NCBI RefSeq assembly: GCF_032444005.1 | Contig: NC_091288.1 | Coordinates: forward strand, 207,638,001 to 207,702,000 | DNA from: Ranitomeya imitator | Taxonomy: Eukaryota | Length of the DNA: 64,000 nucleotides | Direction: 5' to 3' | Shown: positions 38,350-51,839 of the stretch, in pieces | Position numbering within the stretch: position 1 is the stretch's first letter | How the letters are laid out: every line of letters starts with the position of its first letter | Notes under the pieces: model-generated | Databases searched by the model: none | What the model saw: only the letters and a program-made list of their open reading frames with translations | What the model was told of the DNA's origin: nothing | Translations under genes and position numbers: made by a program

Positions 38350-41300
38350 TTATTCAGTGTGAAGTTTGAGCGCCATGTGCAGAAATCTCAGCACTGAGGT
38401 TGTTAATGGTCGTCTGAGGAAGGTTCTGCCACACTGAAAGTACTTGGGCAAATCATCAAGATCCTCTGCTGGCAGCACTATGTTATCACCGGTGAATGAC
38501 TCCCCGATGGGAGACAAGTCTGGAGACGCTGCAGCCATGGGAGCAGATTTAGGCCGCGCAGGCTGCTCACTGTAGCACGAGCAACAAGAGGCCCGACGTG
38601 GAGTTTAAAGGGAACTTGTCACCCTCCCCCCCCCAGGCGTTTGAAACTAAAAGCCACCTTGTGCAGCACTAATGCTGCATTCTGTCAAGGTGGCTCTTTT
38701 AGTTCTTGTCCCTGGCAATGCTGAAATAATCGTTTAGATAATTTGTCCCTCATACCTCAAAATTGTCAGGGGGGCAGGGCTTTCCTCCCTTACACAGACG
38801 CCACAGCCATCAGTTACTTCATTTATTCTGGACACCGCCTCCTCAGCGTTGTTATTTACCCGGCGCCTGCGCTAAAATCTTTGTCCTTGGGCATGCGCAG
38901 TTAGCGCTGCCCGTCCAATGACATCACATGAAGTCTTCCTTCTTGCGCCTGTGTGGACGCGTGGCCTGAGATCCCGCCCCGCCGTCTCTTCTGATTTATT
39001 CACACTGTGGGGCTGGGAATCTTGAGGGAGAGCTGCAGATAAGTAGTGTGCATGCCCAAGATTCCCAGCCCAGCAGTGTAAATACATCAGAAGAGACTGG
39101 GGCTGTATCTCAGGCCACGCGTCCACGCAGGCGCAATAATAAAGACATCATGTGATATCAGTGGACGGGCAGTGCTAACTGCACATTCCCAAGGAAACAA
39201 AATTACAGCGCAGGCGCCAGGAAAATGCCATAACGCTGAGGAGACGCCAGGGAGAAATGAGGAAATAACCAGCGGCTGTGGTGCGTCCGTGTAAGGGGGA
39301 AAGCCCTGCCCCCCCCCCCCCCCCCCCCATTTCAAGGTATGAGGGACAAATCATCTGAACTATTATTTCAGCGTTGGCAGGGACGAGAACTAAAAGTCAC
39401 CATGACAGAATGCAGCATTAGTGCAGCACAAGGTGGCTATTACAAACGCCTGGGGGGGGGGGGGGGGGTTGGTGACAGGTTCCCTTTAAAACCAGCTCCT
39501 GTGACAGAAATGGCCGCACTACTGGTTCTACCACCCCGAGGTTAGTGTACCTGGAATGGAGACTACGGGGTTCCAGCTACTGTACATTATTCCACCCAAC
39601 GGCATAAACTCTGGACTGGGACCTCCGTTATTTTCATAGCATTGCCCACAAAGAGGGACACTAACTACTGCTAGTAACCCTACATATTAATGCTACTGAG
39701 CCAATAAGGACTGATCACAGAGCGAGCATATAAAAAAAAAACCTAAAGATTGCTAATAAATTAGTGATAGAAATAGAGCAGTAGCAAACACCGTATTGTT
39801 CAGACGGTAAGGCTTGGTTCCCATTGCGTTAATGGGAAAGCGTTAACGGACAGCGTTGTACGGCGAAATTAACGCCGTGCAACGCGTCCGTTAGCGCGCC
39901 CATTCACGGCAATGGGAGCGCGCAGCACTAGCGCGTGCCATGTTCGGCACGCGCTAGCGACGCGCCGGTGTTTCCTGGCGCGCCGCGGACGCTGCTTGCA
40001 GCGTCCGAGGCGTGCCCGTGGTCCGTTCCCCGCTCTCGCAGATCGGGGATCTGTGAGAGCGGGGACGTTACCGCGACCCGGCCCCATTAAAAACATTGCG
40101 TTAGCACAACCCGCTAGCGCTAAACGGGTTGCACTAACGCAATATGAACCTAGCCTAAGATGCACCACAAGTTCTCAGGAGAAAAAAACTGAACGGGGCA
40201 AGTGGGGTGTTGTTTTAGGCCATGTTCACACGACGAGTTTTTTCAGCAAATTTTCAGCTGTGTTTCACAGTACCAGTAAAGTCTGAGATTTCAGAAATCT
40301 GATGCATACACCTTTTTTACCCCGTTTTGTCAGAGCTGCATTTTTGCAAAATTCAGCATGTCACTATTCAGGTTTTGCTGCGTTTATGGTGTCAGAACCT
40401 GATGAAGTAGAATGCGATTAGTTTATGCACTAAACTTTATCAGCATGCACGAGAAACTTACCCCGGAAAAGCAACAATTATAACACAGCAAAACCTGCTT
40501 TTTGTAAGCAGCCTAAATTTTGCATAAAAACACAATGTGAGAACATAGCCTAAAGGTACCTTCACACATAACGATATTGTTAACGATATCGTTGCTTTTT
40601 GTGACGTAGCAACGATATCGTTAAGGAAATCGTTATGTGTGACAGCGACCAACGATCAGGCCCCTGCTGGGAGATCGTTGGTCGCTGAATAAAGTCCAGA
40701 ACTTTGTTTCGTCGCTGGATCTCCCGTGGACATCGCTGGATCGGCGTGTGTGACACCAATCCAGCGATGTCTTCACTGGTAACCAGGGTAAACATCGGGT
40801 AACTAAGCGCAGGGCCGCGCTTAGTAACCCGATGTTTACCCTGGTTACCATCCTAAAAGTAAAAAAAACAAACAGTACATACTTACCTACAGCCGTCTGT
40901 CCTCCAGCGCTGTGCTCTGCACTCCTCCTGTACTGGCTGTGAGCGTCGGTCAGCCGGAAAGCAGCAGACGTCACCGCTCTGCTTTCCGGCCGCTGTGCTC
41001 ACAGACAGTACAGGAGAGCAGAGCACAGCGCTGGAGGACAGACGGCATTAGGTAAGTATGTACTGTTTGTTTTTTTTTTACTTTTAGGATGGTAACCAGG
41101 GTAAACATCGGGTTACTAAGCGCGGCCCTGCGCTTAGTTACCCGATGTTTACCCTGGTTACCGGCATCGTTGGTCGCTGGAGAGCGGTCTGTGTGACAGC
41201 TCTCCAGCGACCCGGATCGTTGTCGGTATCGCTGCAGCGTCGCTTAATGTGAAGGGGCCATTACACTCCGAATTTAGCTTACCAGTGGAAAGGAAGGGGG

Positions 41301-41563
41301 GTGTGGACGACACTACAGGGTGATGGCGCGAGAGCCATCCCAGCCTGGAAAAAGGGGGTGTTCAGCAATGCAGAGATCTTACAATGCCGCTTCCTCAATT
41401 TCCATAACCCTACAACTTGTCCTTCTTGGTGATGCAATGTCAATGCTCTGACATGTATACAGTCAAAGGTTTTGGCACAGACTGTTGAGAACCAAACCAA
41501 TGTGATGAACTTATTTTTTGTTAGAGCACAGATAAGTCTGCTGCCTCGCTCATACAGGACCAT
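38350..41563 (-). CDS. Candidate uncharacterized two-exon ORF, about 166 aa (41283-41563 + 38350-38569)
   Basis: 93 open codons end at a TG|GTAAGC donor and are phase-compatible with a ctacAG|T acceptor followed by 72 open codons. The TAA stop overlaps AATAAA (38349-38354). No homolog recognised. Confidence 0.4.
38609..39485. mobile_element. T2/Kolobok-type MITE with long internal inverted repeats
   Basis: TTAA|AGGGAACTTGTCACC..GGTGACAGGTTCCCT|TTAA. Confidence 0.85.
39811..40155. mobile_element. PIF/Harbinger-type MITE
   Basis: TAA|GGCTTGGTTCCCATTGCGTT..AACGCAATATGAACCTAGCC|TAA. Confidence 0.8.
40218..40550. mobile_element. PIF/Harbinger-type MITE
   Basis: TTA|GGCCATGTTCACAC..TGTGAGAACATAGCC|TAA. 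Confidence 0.7.
40554..41260. mobile_element. PIF/Harbinger-type MITE with internal palindromes
   Basis: TAA|AGGTACCTTCACAC..TGTGAAGGGGCCA|TTA, with internal GGTAACCAGGGTAAACATCGGG inverted repeats. Confidence 0.75.
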
Positions 41564-41965
41564 GGGCCTTACGGTAACTAATCAGTAGCAGGTAATGAAA
41601 ACCACAGTTCACTGCCATTTATATACAGCAGTAAGTCCTAAAGCTCCTGTTATTCAGCCTTCGTTATAGGTGTACGTTTATGAATACCCCCCCCCCCCCA
41701 ATAGGATGGCACAGTATATATATATCCCCTCCTTGTTCCATTCCCCCAATGCTTTGCTCCGCTGTGCAGCGTGTGGACTGACTCGGCACAGCAGGTACAA
41801 GCTAGTGACATTGTGCCTGCTGCACTGAGACCCGGACGCTCCGCTGAATGCTGCCGCATGAAGCCAACTGTTCCACCACTGAATTAATCTGAGCACTGAG
41901 GCCTCATGTCCCAGGTCTGTTTTATGGTATATTGAAATACAATTAAACCTTTATTGTCAAATTCA

Positions 41966-42997
41966 TCAAGTTTCAGCAAAGACTGAATATGTACAGCGTT
42001 GCCCCTCATTTTTTAGGACTTCTGCGATTCGCTCGGGCATGCTGGATATCAGTTTCTGGGCCAATTCCTGAGTGACTGCAGCCCATTCTTCCCTAATCAG
42101 TGTTTGGAGCTTATCATGACTTAGGTCTTTTTGTTCGGCCACCTGCTTTTTGAGGATTGACCACAGGTTCTCAATGGGATTAAGATCTGGAGAATTTCCT
42201 GGCCATGAATCCAGAATTGCGATGTTTTGCTCACTGAGCCACTCAGTCACCAGTTTTGCCTTGTGACATGGTACACCATCATGCTGGAAGATGCATTGGT
42301 CCTCACCAAATTGTTCCTGGATGGTTGGGAGAAGCTGCTCTTTGAGGAGTGTTAGATAACATTCTTTATTCATGGCTCGGCTCCGAGGCAAGATGGTAAG
42401 CGAGCCCACCCCCTTGGATGAAAAGCAACCCCACACATGAATGGTCTCAGAATGATTTACTGTAGGCATGAAACCGGCCTCAGGGAAGCCCTCGCCACTT
42501 CTCTGAAGCGTCATTCTTCCAGATACCCCCAACAGTCTAAAAGACGCTTCATCAGAGAAAATCACTTTCCCCCAGTCCTCTGCAGTCCAATCCCTGTACT
42601 TCCTGCAGAATGCCAGCCTGTCCTCCATGTTTTTCGTGGAGAGAAGTGGCTTCTTTGCTGTTTTTTTCGTCACTAACCCAGCCTCTAAAAGCCTTCTCCT
42701 CACTGTGCGAGCAGAAGCACTGACCCCTGCCTGCTGCCATTCCACAGCAAGCTCTGCGCTGGTGTTAAACTGATCCTCTTGACGGATTTTCTTTAGGAGA
42801 CTGTCCTGGGACTTGCTAGACTTTCTTGGGCGCCCTGAAGCCTTTTTCACAGCAATTGAACCGCGCTCTTTGAAGTTCTTGATGATTCGATAAATGGTTG
42901 ATTTAGGGGCTAGCATACAAGCGGCAATGTCCTTCATTGACAATCCCTTTTGATGCAAAGCAATAATGTCTGCACGCGTTTCCTTAGAGGTAACCAT
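41966..42997 (-). CDS. Intact Tc1/mariner DD35E (Traveler-type) transposase, 343 aa, no TIRs visible; candidate domesticated gene
   Basis: Uninterrupted [46 protein letters not shown], with 35 residues between the second D and the E. GCCATGG Kozak context. AATAAA at 41950-41955 just past the stop. No CAGT..-type inverted termini or TA duplication seen on either side. Confidence 0.9.
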   Translation of the reverse strand: MVTSKETRADIIALHQKGLSMKDIAACMLAPKSTIYRIIKNFKERGSIAVKKASGRPRKSSKSQDSLLKKIRQEDQFNTSAELAVEWQQAGVSASARTVRRRLLEAGLVTKKTAKKPLLSTKNMEDRLAFCRKYRDWTAEDWGKVIFSDEASFRLLGVSGRMTLQRSGEGFPEAGFMPTVNHSETIHVWGCFSSKGVGSLTILPRSRAMNKECYLTLLKEQLLPTIQEQFGEDQCIFQHDGVPCHKAKLVTEWLSEQNIAILDSWPGNSPDLNPIENLWSILKKQVAEQKDLSHDKLQTLIREEWAAVTQELAQKLISSMPERIAEVLKNEGQRCTYSVFAET

Positions 42998-43364
42998 GGC
43001 TAACAAATGACAATTTAAAGCTTCAGCTCCACATTACAGCAACCAGTCTGGTCTAAGAAATTACTCAGCATGAAAGCAATCTCAAGGGCCTTGTCCTAGT
43101 TAACACTTCCTCCAGAGTTAACAAGACCACCACTGGATTGATGTTAGCAGGTCTTTTTGTATATCCCACCCCCGAGACTCCATTGTCAACAGATGATCCG
43201 TGTTATTAACTTTATCCATGATGTTCGCACCTCTGACAGGTGATCGCTGCACATTCTTCTAGCTCAGCGTCCACAAGTCCGGCCCCAACGAGGACTAAAA
43301 TAAAGAAAACAAAGGGTTAGTCAGGTGCAGTCATATGACACACTCCATGTATACACAGCCAGAC

Positions 43365-43496
43365 AAATGTAGGAACACGGGTCTCATTACACGCATATAG
43401 ATTATGGGTAATGAGCTAAATGCTCCAATTCCTGTAGGCACAGAGATCTTACTAAAGGCTACGAAGAGGCCAGAAGTAATTTTCAGTTTGTGCCAA
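43365..43496 (-). ncRNA. SNORA78: H/ACA box snoRNA SNORA78 (ACA64) ortholog
   Basis: Minus strand GGCACA-aACTGAAAAT-tact..agta-AGATC-tcTGTGCC, H box ACAGGA (43430-43435), second hairpin ..GCT-cattac..gtaatg-AGACCC-gtgttcct, ACA box (43368-43370) + 3 nt. Both pockets are 14 nt from their box. The 3' end is 69 nt upstream of the acceptor. Confidence 0.88.
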
Positions 43497-43591
43497 AGTG
43501 ACTAAACCAATATCCCCCAATACAAGTCATGCACAGGACCGCCAAGTGCACCGCCTACAGACATCATATACCAGCCTGTACCCAGACGCTG

Positions 43592-44040
43592 GGGGCCCAG
43601 CCTCCGCCACACGTACCCCCACCCCGGGGCCCAGCCTCCGCCACGCGAACCCCCACCCCGGGGCCCAGCCTCCGCCACGCGAACCCCCACCCCGGGGCCC
43701 AGCCTCCGCCACGCGGACCCCCACCCCGGGGCCCAGCCTCCGCCACGCGAACCCCCACCCCGGGGCCCAGCCTCCGCCACGCGGACCCCCACCCCGGGGC
43801 CCAGCCTCCGCCACGCGGACCCCCACCCCGGGGGCCAGCCTCCGCCACGCGAACCCCCACCCCGGGGCCCAGCCTCCGCCACGCGGACCCCCACCCCGGG
43901 GCCCAGCCTCCGCCACGCGGACCCCCACCCCGGGGCCCAGCCTCCGCCACGCGGACCCCCACTCCGGGGCTCAGCCTCCGCCACGCGAACCCCCACCCCG
44001 GGGCTCAGCCTCCGCCACACGAACCCCCACCCCAGTGCCC
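43592..44040. repeat. GC-rich minisatellite, about 13 x 34 bp, in SNHG9 intron 1
   Basis: Unit CCCCCACCCCGGGGCCCAGCCTCCGCCACGCGRA. Confidence 0.95.
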
Positions 44041-44348
44041 AGCCCCCGCCAGACGTACTACAAAACACTACACACTGGCAGACACAGAAAATCGCCTCTG
44101 TGCAATAAATGGGCCCTTTGCAGTACAGTAGCGCCTCAGAACACAATTCTATCCGCTTTGGCCCAAACTGCACAGATCAAATGTTCACCCCTGCCGTGTG
44201 TGTGTGACCAGTAAATGTAGGAACCCCTTAAAAATAGTTTAACTGCCCCACACACACTTCTAACACCCACCATACTGCCCCTCTCCACCAACAATCACCC
44301 CCATCATCGCTCCCGCAGACTCTCACCTGCACGCGGCTGCACTGAAAG

Positions 44349-44518
44349 GATCCTCGTGGCCCGGTCGCCTCCTTATATCGTTTCCGGATACCAGCCTAGG
44401 ACGTGACGTCATCAGCAGCCAAGCCCCTCCTAGCTGCGCATGCTCGTCCTGGAGCTCCAGCTCTCGCGCTGTTTCGCGGGTATAAGAAGCCCCTTCCGCC
44501 GACTTCCGCCCTTCTAGT
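44349..44518. promoter_or_regulatory. Bidirectional RPS2/SNHG9 promoter (two TATA-like + TCT initiators, ETS/GABP sites, central CRE)
   Basis: + strand TATAAGA at 44481 with initiator TCTTTTTC at about 44517. - strand ATATAAG at 44372-44378 with initiator CCTTTC at about 44349. TGACGTCA at 44404-44411. TTCCG motifs at 44382, 44493 and 44503. CpG-rich. Confidence 0.8.
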
Positions 44519-44532
44519 CTTTTCGACATCAC
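44517..44532 (+). other. RPS2: RPS2 non-coding exon 1 (5'TOP)
   Basis: TCTTTTTCGACATCAC|GTAAGT splices to AG|CAAATG at 48114, giving a leader like the remembered mammalian RPS2 5'UTR (CTTCTTTTCCGACAAAACACCAAATG). Confidence 0.8.
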
Positions 44533-45040
44533 GTAAGTGTGTGCGGCCGGCGGGAGAGTGCGGGGAGGCCGGGCGGTAATCCGCGGATATCGGGGCCATC
44601 CTGCCCGCGGGGCCGCCTGTGTTGGGGTAGTATGAGAGTGTGTCCGCGAGTGGCTGTTTCCATGGTGATATTAGTGGGGGGCTCCCTGTAGTTGTCGCGC
44701 GGGTTCCTGGTCTTTTGTTATCTCCACGTTTAGGAAGCTTCTATTAACCCTTTGCATGCTCTCTGCTTGCTGTCCGTGACTGGACTCCCCCAGGCTGGCG
44801 GCCTCCGGTAACGAGGACCATGTGCTTCTTAGCTGGGGGTTTACACTTTCTGTCTTGAGCCTTTTGTTACAGTGTGTCAGTGCAGGAGGATTCTGCAGCC
44901 TGATGGGGATCTAGGAGTAGCGGCCATTAACTGACAACAAGCAAGTTTGGAAATAATATACCAGAATATATTTTTGGTGGTCTCTTGCAATCTGGGGGCT
45001 GTAGGGGGCGCTGTTCTCCTGCTTTACTCTGTTTAGGCTC

Positions 45041-47971
45041 TGGTTTCTGATGTAGGACCCCCATCCTGTGCTTCTGGCTTCTGATGTAGGACCCCCATCC
45101 TGTGCTTGTGGTTTCTGATGTAGGACCCCCATCCTGTGCTTGTGGCTTCTGATGTAGGACCCCCATCCTGTGCTTGTGGTTTCTGATGTAGGGACCCCCA
45201 TCCTGTGCTTGTGGTTTCTGATGTAGAGGCCCCCATCCTGTGCTTGTGGCTTCTGATGTAGGACCCCCATCCTGTGCTTGTGGTTTCTGATGTAGGGGCC
45301 CCCATCCTGTGCTTGTGGCTTCTGATGTAGGACCCCCATCCTGTGCTTGTGGCTTCTGATGTAGGACCCCCATTCTGTGCTTGTGGCTTCTGATGTAGGG
45401 ACCCCCATCCTGTGCTTGTGGCTTCTGATGTAGGACCCCCATCCTGTGCTTGTGGCTTCTGATGTAGGGACCCCCATCCTGTGCTTGTGGCTTCTGATGT
45501 AGGGACCCCCCATCCTGTGCTTGTGGCTTCTGATGTAGGACCCCCATCCTGTGCTTGTGGTTTCTGATGTAGGACCCCCATCCTGTGCTTGTGGCTTCTG
45601 ATGTAGGACCCCCCATCCTGTGCTTGTGGCTTCTGATGTAGGGACCCCCATCCTGTGCTTGTGGCTTCTGATGTAGGGCCCCCATCCTGTGCTTGTGGCT
45701 TCTGATGTAGGGCCCCCATCCTGTGCTTGTGGCTTCTGATGTAGGGACCCCCATCCTGTGCTTGTGGCTTCTGATGTAGGGCCCCCATCCTGTGCTTGTG
45801 GCTTCTGATGTAGGGGCCCCCATCCTGTGCTTGTGGCTTCTGATGTAGGGGCCCCCATCCTGTGCTTGTGGCTTCTGATGTAGGGACCCCCATCCTGTGC
45901 TTGTGGCTTCTGATGTAGGGCCCCCATCCTGTGCTTGTGGCTTCTGATGTAGGGACCCCCATCCTGTGCTTGTGGCTTCTGATGTAGGGGCCCCCATCCT
46001 GTGCTTGTGGCTTCTGATGTAGGGCCCCCATCCTGTGCTTGTGGTTTCTGATGTAGGGACCCCCATCCTGTGCTTGTGGCTTCTGATGTGGGACCCCCAT
46101 CCTGTGCTTGTGGTTTCTGATATAGGGACCCCCCATCCTGTGCTTGTGGTTTCTGATATAGGGACCCCCCATCCTGTGCTTGTGGTTTCTGATATAGGGA
46201 CCCCCCATCCTGTGCTTGTGGTTTCTGATATAGGGACCCCCATCCTGTGCTTGGGGTTTCTGATATAGGGCCCCCATCCTGTTCTTGTGGTTTATGATAT
46301 AGGGACCCCCATCCTGTGCTTGTGGTTTATGATGTAGGACCCCCATCCTGTGCTTGTGGCTTCTGATGTAGGGACCCCATCCTGTGCTTGTGGCTTCTGA
46401 TGTAGGGACCCCCATCCTGTGCTTGTGGCTTCTGATGTAGGGGCCCCCATCCTGTGCTTGTGGCTTCTGATGTAGGGGCCCCCATCCTGTGCTTGTGGCT
46501 TCTGATGTAGGGACCCCCATCCTGTGCTTGTGGCTTCTGATGTAGGGCCCCCATCCTGTGCTTGTGGCTTCTGATGTAGGGACCCCCATCCTGTGCTTGT
46601 GGCTTCTGATGTAGGACCCCCATCCTGTGCTTGTGGCTTCTGATGTAGGGACCCCCCATCCTGTGCTTGTGGCTTCTGATGTAGGGACCCCCCATCCTGT
46701 GCTTGTGGCTTCTGATGTAGGACCCCCATCCTGTGCTTGTGGTTTCTGATGTAGGACCCCCATCCTGTGCTTGTGGCTTCTGATGTGGGACCCCCATCCT
46801 GTGCTTGTGGTTTCTGATGTAGGACCCCCCATCCTGTGCTTGTGGCTTCTGATGTAGGACCCCCCATCCTGTGCTTGTGGCTTCTGATATAGGGACCCCC
46901 CATCCTGTGCTTGTGGTTTCTGATATAGGGACCCCCCATCCTGTGCTTGTGGTTTCTGATATAGGGACCCCCCATCCTGTGCTTGTGGTTTCTGATATAG
47001 GGACCCCCCATCCTGTGCTTGTGGTTTCTGATGTAGGGACCCCCATCCTGTGCTTGTGGCTTCTGATGTAGGACCCCCATCCTGTGCTTGTGGCTTCTGA
47101 TGTAGGACCCCCATCCTGTGCTTGTGGTTTCTGATGTAGGGACCCCCATTCTGTGCTTGTGGTTTCTGATGTAGGGACCCCCCATTCTGTGCTTGTGGTT
47201 TCTGATGTAGGGACCCCCATCCTGTGCTTGTGGTTTCTGATGTAGGGACCCCCATCCTGTGCTTGTGGTTTCTGATGTAGGGACCCCCATTCTGTGCTTG
47301 TGGTTTCTGATGTAGGGACCCCCCATTCTGTGCTTGTGGTTTCTGATATAGGGACCCCCCATCCTGTTCTTGTGGTTTCTGATATAGGTACCCCCATCCT
47401 GTTCTTGTGGTTTATGATATAGGGACCCCCATCCTGTGCTTGTGGTTTATGATGTAGGGACCCCCCATCCTGTGCTTGTGGCTTCTGATGTAGGGACCCC
47501 CATCCTGTGCTTGTGGCTTCTGATGTAGGGGCCCCCATCCTGTGCTTGTGGCTTCTGATGTAGGGGCCCCCATCCTGTGCTTGTGGCTTCTGATGTAGGG
47601 GCCCCCATCCTGTGCTTGTGGCTTCTGATGTAGGGCCCCCATCCTGTGCTTGTGGCTTCTGATGTAGGGACCCCCATCCTGTGCTTGTGGCTTCTGATGT
47701 AGGGCCCCCATCCTGTGCTTGTGGCTTCTGATGTAGGGGCCCCCATCCTGTGCTTGTGGTTTCTGATGTAGGACCCCCATCCTGTGCTTGTGGCTTCTGA
47801 TGTAGGGCCCCCATCCTGTGCTTGTGGCTTCTGATGTAGGGACCCCCATCCTGTGCTTGTGGCTTCTGATGTAGGGGCCCCCATCCTGTGCTTGTGGCTT
47901 CTGATGTAGGGCCCCCATCCTGTGCTTGTGGTTTCTGATGTAGGGACCCCCATCCTGTGCTTGTGGTTTCT
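45041..47971. repeat. Minisatellite, about 84 x 34-36 bp, in RPS2 intron 1
   Basis: Unit CTGATGTAGG(G)ACCCCC(C)ATCCTGTGCTTGTGGYTT; source of the spurious 188-740-aa ORFs. Confidence 0.97.
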
Positions 47972-48116
47972 CAAGTCCCCATATGACTCCTGGTGTAGGG
48001 TGGGCACTGGCAATCACCGGTCTATGGCCATGTTGACATTATTTGGGGAGGTGGGGGTCTTTCTTTAAACACTTTGATCCTCAATTAACTAAATTTATTT
48101 TATATACTTGTAGCAA

Positions 48117-51839
<3,723 letters not shown>

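Larger units (their letters stand above)
41950..44349 (-). ncRNA. SNHG9: SNHG9-like snoRNA host transcript (exon 1 about 44327-44349; exon 2 acceptor at 43294), head-to-head with RPS2; 3' end provisional
   Basis: Minus-strand ATATAAG (44372-44378) lies about 29 nt before a CCTTTC pyrimidine initiator. CAG|GTGAGA donor at 44326. CTAAC branch point, pyrimidine tract and TAG acceptor at 43295-43320. The intron contains SNORA78. Position matches mammalian SNHG9. Confidence 0.75.

Noticed and set aside
44085-44200. Plus-strand hairpin with GAAAATC and AGATCA, resembling an H/ACA guide
   Set aside because: Wrong strand for the host transcript, no ACA box at the right spacing, and the true SNORA78 is at 43365-43496 on the minus strand.
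43498-44214. Pro/Gly-rich ORFs of 132-238 aa on both strands
   Set aside because: They arise from the stop-free GC-rich 34-bp array.
44323-44532. 69-aa minus-strand ORF across the promoter
   Set aside because: It spans both core promoters, starts upstream of the likely TSS and has no recognisable homology.
44911-48017. Long ORFs of 188-740 aa on the minus strand
   Set aside because: They are translations of the 34-36-bp minisatellite in RPS2 intron 1; the same peptide words cycle through all frames.
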